Assembly: GCA_963844715.1 (NCBI GenBank)
Contig: CAWJPJ010000007.1
Coordinates: 896,001 to 960,000, forward strand
Direction of reading: 5' to 3'
Length of the DNA: 64,000 nucleotides
Origin: an uncultured Phycisphaerales bacterium
Lineage (GTDB): Bacteria; Planctomycetota; Phycisphaerae; Tepidisphaerales; Tepidisphaeraceae
Of the stretch, positions 1 to 9,997 are shown piece after piece. Below the pieces are notes generated by a model. It was not told the DNA's origin. It was given only the letters and a program-made list of their open reading frames with translations, and did no database searches. Position numbers and translations under genes: made by a program. Position 1 is the stretch's first letter, and every line of letters begins with the position of its first letter.

Positions 1-20
1 CCCAGAACACGAGGTGAATC

Positions 21-370
21 ATGGAAACCTGCATTATTCCTGAGGATCAGTGGACGGAATTCTTCGACCGCTTAAATCACGACCAGGCTGGCTGGATCGC
101 AACGATCCGCGTGCTGCATGGCCAATACGGGCCACAAACCATCGTGTGACGAATTTACCTTTTCAGGGGATCAGCTTCGACACCAAGGGGACCCGACCCA
201 GTAGCGTACAGGTCAGCGCTGGCAACCCATTCCGGCACCATGTCAATCACGTCGTAGACCTGCCACTTCACATTCGCCAAACCGAAGAGCCGAATGGAAG
301 TATCGATGTGCAAATTGAGCCGGCAAATGGGCCCGTAACCCTGATTCATCTTCATGGCCCGGTCCATTGA
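21..370 (+). CDS. Small hypothetical protein, DUF5335-like (one frameshift near 145)
   Basis: GAGG RBS then ATG at 21 gives METCIIPEDQWTEFFDRLNHDQAGWIATIRVL. It continues in the 50..370 frame as NLPFQGISFDTKG...HVVDLP, a pattern recalled for DUF5335. Confidence 0.55.
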
Positions 371-829
371 CGATGGCGTTTGCCCGGAATTGTTTACCCC
401 CGCGCGAAGTGCGCATTAGGGCCGCGCCAGCGCCATTGGGCAAAACCAATATCCTCGCGCATTAGAAATTATTTGAAAAACGGCTGAACCGTTGAAAATG
501 CGCAGAACATCGCGGCGCACGAATCGCCGCGAAAAAAGTAGTAGGTCCGACGGGGTAACGAAATCACGCTGGATGCTTTACGCGGACGCGATGAGCATCA
601 ATCCAGGAATAAGGGGGGGCAAAATAGATTGCGCTCGGGCGAAAATGCTCCCTGTTCTTTCGGTTCGTATTGACTGCCGAACCGGTGGGCCGACTGCCTC
701 GGCTGCAATTTAAGGGAGACGTATCGCTCTCAAAGGGCACATGCTGTTCGGGAGTCCATCGCAGAGATACACTTGTCACCGACGACGCCGGTCCATCGAA
801 GTCGTCGATGCGGATGGAGCGCCCAGTCG

Positions 830-2870
830 ATGACGCGAAACGCGACCACATTCGTCGCTCTCATTGTATTCACGGCACTGTATGTCGTTGCGGGCAAGCT
901 CGGACTTTCGATGGCGTTTCTCAACGCCAGCGCTTCGCCCATTTGGCCACCGACCGGATTAGCGCTGGCCGCAATGCTCTTATTTGGTTATCGCCTGTGG
1001 CCGGCAGTGCTGGTTGGGGCTTTTGTCGTAAACCTGACGACCGCAGGCACAATTTCCACTTCGGCGGTGATTGCGGCGGGTAACACCTTGGAAGCGGTCG
1101 TGGGCGCGATGCTCGTACGGCGCTTCGCTTCCGGCACGGCTGCTTTTGAGCTGGTGCCGAATATCTTTCGATTCACCGTGTTCGCCGCGATTCCGAGCAC
1201 GATGATTAGCGCGTACAGTGGGAGTCACGTGCCTAGCCATAGCCCACTTCGTACCGTGGGATTTGTATGGACAGGTATGGATGACGTGGTGGACTGGAGA
1301 TTTCGCCGGCGATCTGCTAGTCGCACCGCTTTTGATCATCTGGGCCACCGCGTCCCGGCCCGCCCTGAGGCTCCCACACATGTTGGAGGCGCTGGCCCTG
1401 GCGGCCGTTCTAATCGTGTTGGGTGACCTGATTTTCATCCGCTGGCATTCCCATTACGGTCAGGCGGAAGCGCTCGCTTATTTGGCGGTTCCATTGTTGA
1501 TCTGGGCGGCGTTCCGTTTTCAGCAACGGGGCGCTGTCGCCGCGGCGTTTTTGCTGTCGGCGATCGCAGTTCGAGGAACGCTCCGCGGCGCCGGGCCCTT
1601 TGCCACCGGCAATGCCAATGAATCTCTGGTGCTTCTGCAAACGTTCATGGGCGTCAACACGCTCATGGCTTTGATCCTCGCGGCTGTCGTTGCCGAGCGA
1701 ATGCGCGCCCACGGTGAGAGGGAACAGATTCTCCAGCGCGAGCGAAACGCGCGGGCTGAGGCGGAGCAAGCCAATCGCGCCAAGGACCAGTTCCTCGCTA
1801 TGCTCAGCCACGAACTGCGGACGCCGCTGAGCCCCGTCTTGCTCGCGACAACGTTGCTGGAAGGCAGTCCCGACCTGCCGCGTCATCTCTCCGAGCATAT
1901 TCAAATGATCCGGCGCAACGTCGAATTGGAGCGGCGGCTGATTGATGACCTTCTCGATTTGACGCGAATCACCCGTGGTAAGTTCCAACTGAATCTTACG
2001 ACAGCGGATGTCCATGAGGTGCTCCGCCTCGCCGTGGAGATTTGCTGTGCCGGACGAGTCGATGACCTCGTATTGAATTTGTCGGCGCCTCAGCATCATG
2101 TCAACGGCGACCCGGCACGGTTGCAACAGGTGTTTTGGAACCTAGTCAATAACGCCGCCAAATTCACGCCGGTAGGCCGGTCCATCACGATACGATCGAA
2201 GAACGTCGACGAGCAAAGTGCGATTGAGATTGAGGTCTCGGACACCGGCGCGGGAATTGAACCACAGTTTCTCCCGCGATTATTCAATGCGTTCGAGCAG
2301 GGTGATGCAACGTGCGCCGGACGTTCGGTGGGCTTGGTTTGGGGTTGGCAATCACCAAGGCGCTCGCCGAAGCGCACTGCGGCACGGTGACGGCCCACAG
2401 CGCAGGCCGCGATGCGGGCGCCACCTTTACGGTACGCCTGCCTGTCATAGCCGAGGTTTCACAACAAGAGTTTGAGCCGGCACCTAAGACCGAGCCAGTG
2501 CGAGTGCAAGGCGCAGGTATTGCTGGTGGAGGATCACGAGGAGACATTGCAAGTCATGGCTGAGTTGCTGAGGCGCCTCGGTCATGAGGTTACGACGGCC
2601 TCCACAATCAGGGAAGCGTTAACCGCCGCCCACGACAAACACTTCGACTTGGTCATTAGTGATTTGGGCCTTCCGGACGGCTTAGGCTATGACTTGATGC
2701 GTGCTCTTCGTGCGGGAAACCATTTGCGCGGCATCGCACTGAGCGGCTACGGAATGTCCGAGGACATCCAGTTAAGCCAAGAGGCAGGGTTTGCCGAACA
2801 CCTGGTTAAGCCGGTGGACCTAAATAAGCTGGAGGAGGCGATGATACGCGTCCTGGCAGGACACAAATAG
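830..2870 (+). CDS. MASE1-domain hybrid sensor histidine kinase/response regulator, split by about 3 frameshifts
   Basis: MASE1 motif SPIWPPTGLALA; H-box FLAMLSHELRTPL; N-box QQVFWNLVNNAAKFT; G-boxes DTGAGI and GGLGLGL; receiver LLVEDH...DLVISDLGLPD...KPVD. Spread over ORFs 773, 1218, 2312 and 2472. Confidence 0.9.
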
Positions 2871-3159
2871 TCAGCCGCGGGCCTTGAGGCCGCCACCGAA
2901 CTTACAACTATGGGCGGGACAAATTCGAAACATCCGCGGCCGCCAGGATAGGATGCGGTTCACGGAGCGGACACCCAAATCAGAATCGCTCGCCGGTCAC
3001 TTAACTGTGTCGGAGAGTAGGTCGAAACGAATCGAGTTATGATTTGCACGGACGGCTAGAAACCTTTGAATGAGCGCCGGCGATACAAATGCCGATCTTG
3101 CCTTTGCGGTCCTCTCTACCTTCTACACCTCGCCTGCTCTATTGCCGTAATACCAGCAA

Positions 3160-3198
3160 CCGGGGTGAAAGGATTTGTACCTTCGGCCTCTGCCCCCA
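3160..3198 (-). tRNA. Degenerate 3' half of a tRNA-Pro-like gene (possible att remnant)
   Basis: Minus strand reads TTGGGGGCAGAGGCCGAAGGTACAAATCCTTTCACCCCG: T-stem GAAGG/CCTTT, T-loop TACAAAT (one change from TTCAAAT), acceptor 3' strand CACCCCG typical of tRNA-Pro. No 5' half or CCA. Confidence 0.55.
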
Positions 3199-3313
3199 AT
3201 AGGACGGCTAAAAGTGTCCAAGTTTAATCTAGATGAGATTTCTCGTTACCGATCGATTTTGTATTTCGACCGGGACTCATACTTTCACACACTTTCCACT
3301 TTGCGAGGAAATC

Positions 3314-3673
3314 TCAACGCTGCGCACGCTTAAATTCGATCGAGGTGATCGTCCCGCATTCGGGGCAGCGATCGGGGGTCGCGCGAAGGTCGTACCCGCA
3401 TCTAGGACATATTCGGCGCTTATGATAAAGACGCTGCAGGTGGAGATATCTTAAATAGCGGTAAATTTGATAGCAGGTTAGAAACGTCAAAATCGCCGAC
3501 GCGCCAAACTATCAAAAAAAATAAATAAAATAATCACGCCGCGATTCCGTTGCGGCTCATTAGTGCCAGACTACCAACTATAAAAAACTGAAGTGCAAAA
3601 TCCCAACCAAAAGCTGATGCCAAGACAAGAACAGCGATCATGGCAAATAATCTGGCGCGCGCGGTACCTTCAT
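3314..3673 (-). CDS. Small membrane protein with C-terminal [19 protein letters not shown] zinc ribbon (frameshifted, not in the ORF track)
   Basis: Manual minus-strand translation gives hydrophobic segments then ...[36 protein letters not shown]. This tail is common in Phycisphaerae. The start is approximate. Confidence 0.7.
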
Positions 3674-3817
3674 GTTAGCCACATCCACAGTTATACCTGT
3701 GAAAACGCTCTCGCGGGCAACCGGCCCTAGCTGATGGGATTGCCATAGCCGACAGAATACATTCATCTTAGGAATCCTCTTAGCAAAATCGATCTTCAGA
3801 TGTTCTAATCAATCCTG

Positions 3818-5422
3818 ATGACTTCGCGTACATTCAACCTTCCGGCTCGCCTGCAATCCAGGGGACAGCGGATCATGAATGGGAGAAATGTTGGTCTACT
3901 CTTGAACTTTCTGCCTCCGATCGCAATCGCGCTCGTCTTCTTTGTAATGGTCTATTCTCAGGCTCGGTATGCCCAATCATTGGCGATAAATCCGGATGAA
4001 GGGGTTAATTTGATAAAAAGTGCGATGGTCGCGAAGGGATACCATCTCTATAGCCAGATATGGAATGATCAGCCTCCCGTATTTACCCTGATGCTGAGCG
4101 AAGTATTTCGTGCGGTCGGATTCTCAATTGAAGCCGCTCGCATTTTTGTTTTGGTACTCTCAAGCATCCTGGTCGCCTGTCTTTACCAAACCATCCGGTG
4201 GCTTCATGATCACGGAACGGCGATCGTCACCGTTCTGTTTTTAGCGAGTTCTGCTTGGTTCATTCCGCTCAGCGTCGCCGTAATGATCGGCATGCCTGCA
4301 ATTGCGATGGCAGCAGGATCGCTTTTCTTGGCTAACGGTGCGATTCGATCGTCCAACCGCGCACTTTCCATGAGCCTGCTCTTTGCGTCTGGTCTTTTAT
4401 TTGGTCTGTCAATTCAAACGAAGATTTTTACGCTAATCGTCTTGCCGGCCGTGCTAATAAGTCTTCAGGGTCGGCCTGCCACCGTCTCGCGCAGGCAAGC
4501 TTATTGGGTTTGGTTTTTGAGCGTGTTGAATATTTTCATCCTTGTCATGGTGTTTACTGGAGAGAATTGGGACGAAATGCTGATTCCGCCGCTGCGACTT
4601 CGCGCAATGGTAGCTGTTAATCAAGTTTTTTCATTGCATGATATGTTTTCTCAAATCACCGAGCACTTCTTCTTTTTATTGCCGTTTTCACTCGTCGGTG
4701 TAATTGTGGGACTGCTGCGATCGCCAAGGGAGTCCTTTATCCCCATCTCGTGGTTGGCTACAGGCGTTCTCGTCTTCCATTTTCACCGTCCGTTGCGATA
4801 CCACTACTCACCGATGCTGGAGATTCCGCTGTGTTGGCTGGCGGCGATCGGACTATGCGCCACATTCATGCTAGGTCTTCGAGTATTTCTATGGGTCTGC
4901 TATCGTGCTTTGTCGAACGAAGAGACGAGGCCAAGCGCGTATGCATTTGCAGGGCATGCGACGGTTGCAACGTTGGTTGCGATGCTTGCAATAGGAGTGG
5001 CAACATACCTCACGATCGCTTTAACGTTTCGGGCTCACTATTGGCGTGAGCAGCTAAACCCAACCGTTTCATCTTTTTCTCATACTTCAAGTGCGCTTGT
5101 TGCCGAAATCCAGCAATTCAAAAGACATACTCATTGGATGTATACCGATCTTCCAGTCTATGCGTTCCGCGGCGGTGTGAATGTCCCACCTGAACTAGCT
5201 GTCATAACACAGAAACGCCGACAGACTGGCTTTCTTTCTGATGACCAAATTCTCGGGCTTATACACAAGTACACACCAGAACAAATTCTCATCGCCCGAT
5301 TTTCTTATGGGACAGATTTTCAGGCGATCCTGAGCCAGGATTACGTTCAGATTGGCGCCGAAGCCAGTAGATATAATCACGTTACCAGGCTGTATGTCAT
5401 CAAATCGTTGGCCGAGCGTTAG
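3818..5422 (+). CDS. Multi-pass GT-C glycosyltransferase (ArnT/PMT family-like)
   Basis: N-terminal 'PDEG' motif, 'LYSQIWNDQPP', 'SIQTK' and many TM helices. The true start may be the ATG near 3875. Confidence 0.75.
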   Translation: MTSRTFNLPARLQSRGQRIMNGRNVGLLLNFLPPIAIALVFFVMVYSQARYAQSLAINPDEGVNLIKSAMVAKGYHLYSQIWNDQPPVFTLMLSEVFRAVGFSIEAARIFVLVLSSILVACLYQTIRWLHDHGTAIVTVLFLASSAWFIPLSVAVMIGMPAIAMAAGSLFLANGAIRSSNRALSMSLLFASGLLFGLSIQTKIFTLIVLPAVLISLQGRPATVSRRQAYWVWFLSVLNIFILVMVFTGENWDEMLIPPLRLRAMVAVNQVFSLHDMFSQITEHFFFLLPFSLVGVIVGLLRSPRESFIPISWLATGVLVFHFHRPLRYHYSPMLEIPLCWLAAIGLCATFMLGLRVFLWVCYRALSNEETRPSAYAFAGHATVATLVAMLAIGVATYLTIALTFRAHYWREQLNPTVSSFSHTSSALVAEIQQFKRHTHWMYTDLPVYAFRGGVNVPPELAVITQKRRQTGFLSDDQILGLIHKYTPEQILIARFSYGTDFQAILSQDYVQIGAEASRYNHVTRLYVIKSLAER

Positions 5423-5735
5423 GACATCGTTCGTAATCTTTCCAATCTTACTAACGCTGGCACAATGCGTTATGAAGAGATTTGTGCAATTTTGCCGACG
5501 GGCACGTAGCCATTGGAGATTTACGTTGACATATTGTGTCTAGGAGGTATGTTACATGGCGAATTCATCTTTAAGCGGGAACGGTGGGGCATACGTTTGG
5601 CACAACACCACCCCAGTAGTGACTACAATGGCGTCAAGAGTCTGCATCGCATAGGAGTCATTTTGGGCCTCGGAAAGATTTGGCTATTGATTGGCCGATG
5701 TAAAAGGTGCGAATATTCGGAAGGGAGGATGCAAA

Positions 5736-6203
5736 ATGATACGAGTTTTGCGTGTCATGTCCGTGTTGTTCGCAGTCGCGGTACTTACCGTTCTATGGGG
5801 ATCTACGAAAAATTTGGTTCCACCTATTGGGAGCGGCTATGTGCTTGGTTTGACGGATATGCGCCAAATTCACGGCATGACTGGCTGTCCGAGCGTGGCC
5901 CTGGGTCCAAATACACAATCTTGCCAAACGAATGGAATTGACTGTAACGGAACATACCCCAATTGTGGAACGTGCATCGGTCCTTGTGCAGAGAATGACT
6001 CCTTAACGAGCGGGATGGGCAATCCCGATGCCACAGGCTATTTTGCATCAAAACCCTGTCCAGGAAAATACTACGTGAATTCATGCGCTCCGTGGCAGAT
6101 CTTAGATCCGGACAATCCTTCTTGGGGATGTTCCTGCGACGATGGCACGCCGCTAACACCTCAGCCATGCGGCGGTAGCTACACCGGGTTGAATGGCTGC
6201 TGA
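5736..6203 (+). CDS. Secreted cysteine-rich precursor peptide A (12-Cys core)
   Basis: GGAGG RBS; hydrophobic signal; LTDMRQIHG|MTGCP; 12 Cys; ends in GC; paralogous to the next gene. Confidence 0.8.
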   Translation: MIRVLRVMSVLFAVAVLTVLWGSTKNLVPPIGSGYVLGLTDMRQIHGMTGCPSVALGPNTQSCQTNGIDCNGTYPNCGTCIGPCAENDSLTSGMGNPDATGYFASKPCPGKYYVNSCAPWQILDPDNPSWGCSCDDGTPLTPQPCGGSYTGLNGC

Positions 6204-6245
6204 TACGGGACAACGATGAACGACGTGCTAATCTGGATTTAGGAG

Positions 6246-6752
6246 ATGATTATGAGACAGCGATTTGTCTATGTGATCGCACTTTTAGCCGCATCGGTAG
6301 TTTGGACATTTAGTTTCGGTGATGCTCGCGCTATGGGATCCAAGAATGGGCCTAGTGTAGCGATCATACTTGACAATTCGGCGATGAGTCAGATCCACGG
6401 TATGACCGGTTGTCCGGCGCTTTCGCTGAGTTCCTCAACAGCATGCGCTAACAACGGTAGCACCAACTGCAACGGAGGAATAACGACTAATGGTTGTCCT
6501 GGGACCTGCATGACTCCTTGCGGTGCAGATAACTCGGCGGGCAACAGCGGCAATGGCAACAACGCAAACGGTTATCTGTCTAGTGCTCCATGCACGACCA
6601 CGTACGCTGTAAACACCTGCATTCCCGGTACGATTACAGGTCCTGATGGTCAAGGTGGCTATGCGGACTACCCCACATGCAACTGCAACGGGTCGTCAAT
6701 CGGAAATGCATTACCTTGCGCTGGCACGTACACTTTCGAAAAAGGCTGTTAG
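6246..6752 (+). CDS. Secreted cysteine-rich precursor peptide B (12-Cys core)
   Basis: AGGAG RBS; signal peptide; NSAMSQIHG|MTGCP; 12 Cys collinear with peptide A; ends in GC. Confidence 0.8.
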   Translation: MIMRQRFVYVIALLAASVVWTFSFGDARAMGSKNGPSVAIILDNSAMSQIHGMTGCPALSLSSSTACANNGSTNCNGGITTNGCPGTCMTPCGADNSAGNSGNGNNANGYLSSAPCTTTYAVNTCIPGTITGPDGQGGYADYPTCNCNGSSIGNALPCAGTYTFEKGC

Positions 6753-6885
6753 TAATAGTCGTTTTTCAAACAGTCCGTTGCCCCCAAGAAACGATTCTAG
6801 TAGCGTCTGCCGGATTCGCTTGATAGTTCCAGACATGTTGGGGCGGTGAGAGGGCGTATCTCTAGCTCATCGTGAGGTCACATCC

Positions 6886-8121
6886 ATGCGCTTCTTGCGA
6901 CCTTACCTCGTTGCGGTGTTCGTGAGTCTTTTCTACGCTGGCCAATTTGGGACATTGGAACCAAGCGGCGGGCGCGCGATAGCCGCGACAACGGCACCGT
7001 CCGCCGGCGAACAATCCGATCATACTTCTTCGTTGTCACCTCAGTTTACTCGGCAGGACATCCTTGCCTACGTTGAAGCAGGTCGATCGAAGATATCTGA
7101 TTTAACTGTGTCGTTCTCTTTCAACGCGACGCATTCTGGACCTGACGATGCGGCGATTCGCGATCACACAAAAATTATCCTCAAGGGCTCAATGATCTAT
7201 AGCGATGAGGTCTACGGAGGCGATGCTTCCAAATCACCGCGCCTTTACGACCGCGAATTGGCTTTCAACGGCCACATTGGCACGATCCACCAAAAAAGCG
7301 AAGGCATTGCATCCTTTGGGCCGGAGAAGCCAATCGATTGTCGTGTGAGGGGGACAGGATTTTTCGATCTAGGTTGGCTCAATCCCCCTATCGAGGGCGG
7401 CACCGGCTGGAATGATCAGAGTCTGATCTCCCTGGTAAAGTCGTCTACGTCCAAGATGCGTCCCCAGCTGGAAATCGTGGCCGGTCACCCGTGTTACGTA
7501 TTCGACGCCTTTGGACCCGAATCAGACGCAACTGATCCAATGATTACCGCATGGCTTGATCCACAACAAGGATTTTTACCGATCAAAGTCGTCTATTTCT
7601 TGCGATCAACTCCCTTGATGGAGTCAGACATTTATACATCCAAGGAGGTTCTTCCAGGTTTGTGGATGCCCCTGCGTGGCCGCAAATACGTGTATTTTCG
7701 CAAAGATAGTCCTTATATCCGCGAAAATCAGGAACATATCATGATCGTGGATAGCGCGGACTCGGAAACGCCAGCGATCGCAGTGAATACGGGAGTCAAA
7801 GACGATTTTTTTGATCTGTGGAAGCATTTGCCTCCGGGTACGCTTTTAATCGACAAGCAAACTCGGAAAATGATAACTGTCGGTGGAAAGGATTGGCGTG
7901 CGACCGCGGATGAAGCCGTAGCCTCTGCCGCTGGTCAAGATTTGTCCGTGACAGACGCTGCTTCGGTTGGATCGCCGGTTACGCCGGCATCAGCAACCGT
8001 TGGACCAACCCCTGTATCATGGTGGAGCAATTCCGTGTTGCTCGAAGTTGGATCGGGTGTTGTTGTCCTAGTGTTGTTGATCCTAAGCGCAGTGATATTC
8101 CGGTTTCACAAAATGGCGTGA
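6886..8121 (+). CDS. Exported protein with C-terminal TM anchor; possible LolA-like beta fold
   Basis: Signal peptide; 'EIVAGHPCYV', 'AWLDPQQGFLP', 'GLWMP' patterns like LolA-like/sigma-E regulatory folds; terminal hydrophobic helix plus basic tail. Confidence 0.5.
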   Translation: MRFLRPYLVAVFVSLFYAGQFGTLEPSGGRAIAATTAPSAGEQSDHTSSLSPQFTRQDILAYVEAGRSKISDLTVSFSFNATHSGPDDAAIRDHTKIILKGSMIYSDEVYGGDASKSPRLYDRELAFNGHIGTIHQKSEGIASFGPEKPIDCRVRGTGFFDLGWLNPPIEGGTGWNDQSLISLVKSSTSKMRPQLEIVAGHPCYVFDAFGPESDATDPMITAWLDPQQGFLPIKVVYFLRSTPLMESDIYTSKEVLPGLWMPLRGRKYVYFRKDSPYIRENQEHIMIVDSADSETPAIAVNTGVKDDFFDLWKHLPPGTLLIDKQTRKMITVGGKDWRATADEAVASAAGQDLSVTDAASVGSPVTPASATVGPTPVSWWSNSVLLEVGSGVVVLVLLILSAVIFRFHKMA

Positions 8122-8168
8122 TGGGTAATTGGGTTGCGGGATAATTGAGAATGTGGGGAACTTCGCCC

Positions 8169-9974
8169 ATGACCGAGAGAGAACGCCCTATATTTTTTTT
8201 GTTAGTTTCGGTCTCGGCATTTCTGCTGCAAAGCGCAGTTGGCGCCGCCAGCATCGCCACGGATAGCGCCACCCCGGCAGACGGACGTTGTTCATTATCG
8301 CTTGAGGATGCAAACCTCTCCGCGTCCCCGCCTGCCTGCGGCCCGGCAAGCATGGCAATCGCCCTTAAATTGCTCAACTGCAGCTTTACGAATGACGAAC
8401 TGACGAGGCTTGCCGACAGCCAAGGGGATTCAACATTCGCAGAGTTGGCCGAGTTCGCACAGCACAAAGGCCTTTACGCGGTCGCGGTGCGTTTGGGGCC
8501 AGGTCAGTTACTAAAGCTTCATCGAATCGCTATCTTGCAAATACTCTCGCCGCTGATCATAAATGGCGTTCACGCGCCCCATTTCATCGTGTTTGCCGGA
8601 CCCGTGCCAGGCACCGACCATGGCCCATGGTGGAACAAGGACTCGGTATTTTTGTTCGACTCAGTAGCCGGGGATGGCCTGCGCGGCCCATTGCCCATCG
8701 AAGCGCTATCAGAGATGTACACTGGGAACGCCCTAGTGCTATCAAAGTATCCTGTCGATCCGAATGAATTCGCTGTTGCTCATGCGGAGTCCCCGCACGA
8801 TTCGTCGCGCACGATCCGCGACGGCTCCATGGCAGGGTTGGGCGCCGCAGCAATTTTGCTATTTTGTGCCACCCTTCGCAGAAAAACGGGTTCGACAACG
8901 ATGCCGACTGTCGCGCCAACGATTGCGATGGTCATTTATATGACCCTATTTTCCGCCTCATTCAATTCTGCGGCCGCCGATTCGAGCAACCCAACTACGC
9001 GACCGGCAGGTGACTCGGCTGCTACTATTAACTCGAATGCCAACCAGCTCTGTGATGTCGGGAATGTTTCAAAAGGAGAACAAGTCCAACATTCGTTCGA
9101 ATTCACGAATTCTAAACCGATCGACATTGACTTACAGATCGCAGGAACTAGTTGTACATGTTTAAGCGCGCGGTTCGATGGACCGTCTCATCTTCGGCCG
9201 GGTCAAAAAACTAACGTTGTGCTGTCTGCCATCGCACGTAATGGCGGTCCCGTGCAAACCTCCGCTCTGATCAAGACTTCGGCGCAAGAAATGTTTCTCC
9301 TGACTATTCAGATGGCGGTGATAAACGACACGGATTATAGTCCGCGCACTGTTGATTTTGGAGATGTTTGGGCAGACCAAGGAAAGCAAAGCCGCCCTCT
9401 ACATTTTACGCATTACACGTCGAATGCGGGCGCATTCAAAGACTTTCTTGTCCGCTCTTTCTCACCATGCGTAAGCGTTTCGCTGGACAAACCAACATGG
9501 ACCAGTGGAAGCGACGGCGCGAAAACCGTCGATGAGAACGTAACGATTACTCTTGACCCGGCGTTGGCCTCGCTGGGTCCATTAGGTAAAGGTATTTTGG
9601 CAACGGCGAGCGACGGTAATAAGAAACTTTCATTCACGATTGATTGTATCGGCCAAGTTGTGCCTATCGTTGGGGCAATCCCTGATCAGATCGCGGTATT
9701 CGGCGCAAACCTCCCAAATGAAATCCCGGCATCGGTGACGCTAAAGGCAGTTGATGGACGCCTTGTGAACGTCGAAACGATTGAAGCATCGAATTTGACG
9801 ATCGCCAAATGGACGGCAACACCATCGGGGGACGGAACAATAAATCTGGAGATTATAATTCAACCAAACATGCTGCAGGGTCGGGCTCAAGGATCGCTGC
9901 ATGTCAAATTCATCGCGCTTAAGCACTATATGCTTGATATTCCCGTTCGCGTGGTGGATACGACGTCCCGATAA
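8169..9974 (+). CDS. Exported C39-family cysteine peptidase fused to TM segments and DUF1573 Ig-like domains
   Basis: C39 triad motifs ACGPASM / HFIVF / FLFDS and closing 'YTGNALVLS'. DUF1573-like 'HSFEFTN...TSCTC...LRPGQ'. No ABC ATPase domain. Confidence 0.8.
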   Translation: MTERERPIFFLLVSVSAFLLQSAVGAASIATDSATPADGRCSLSLEDANLSASPPACGPASMAIALKLLNCSFTNDELTRLADSQGDSTFAELAEFAQHKGLYAVAVRLGPGQLLKLHRIAILQILSPLIINGVHAPHFIVFAGPVPGTDHGPWWNKDSVFLFDSVAGDGLRGPLPIEALSEMYTGNALVLSKYPVDPNEFAVAHAESPHDSSRTIRDGSMAGLGAAAILLFCATLRRKTGSTTMPTVAPTIAMVIYMTLFSASFNSAAADSSNPTTRPAGDSAATINSNANQLCDVGNVSKGEQVQHSFEFTNSKPIDIDLQIAGTSCTCLSARFDGPSHLRPGQKTNVVLSAIARNGGPVQTSALIKTSAQEMFLLTIQMAVINDTDYSPRTVDFGDVWADQGKQSRPLHFTHYTSNAGAFKDFLVRSFSPCVSVSLDKPTWTSGSDGAKTVDENVTITLDPALASLGPLGKGILATASDGNKKLSFTIDCIGQVVPIVGAIPDQIAVFGANLPNEIPASVTLKAVDGRLVNVETIEASNLTIAKWTATPSGDGTINLEIIIQPNMLQGRAQGSLHVKFIALKHYMLDIPVRVVDTTSR

Positions 9975-9997
9975 GCCGGCGCTGACGGGCGACAATC

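Noticed and set aside
830..2870. Programmed frameshifting or true pseudogenisation of the kinase and other split genes
   Set aside because: Indels occur across unrelated genes and differ between duplicate copies, which fits sequencing error.
2905..2942. Second tRNA-like fragment (minus strand ...TTCGAATTTGTCCCGCCCA)
   Set aside because: The T-stem does not pair convincingly; too degenerate to call.
5736..6752. Lanthipeptide, sactipeptide or ranthipeptide precursors
   Set aside because: No LanB/LanM, radical SAM or YcaO gene in the window. Signal peptides and an even Cys count favour disulfides.
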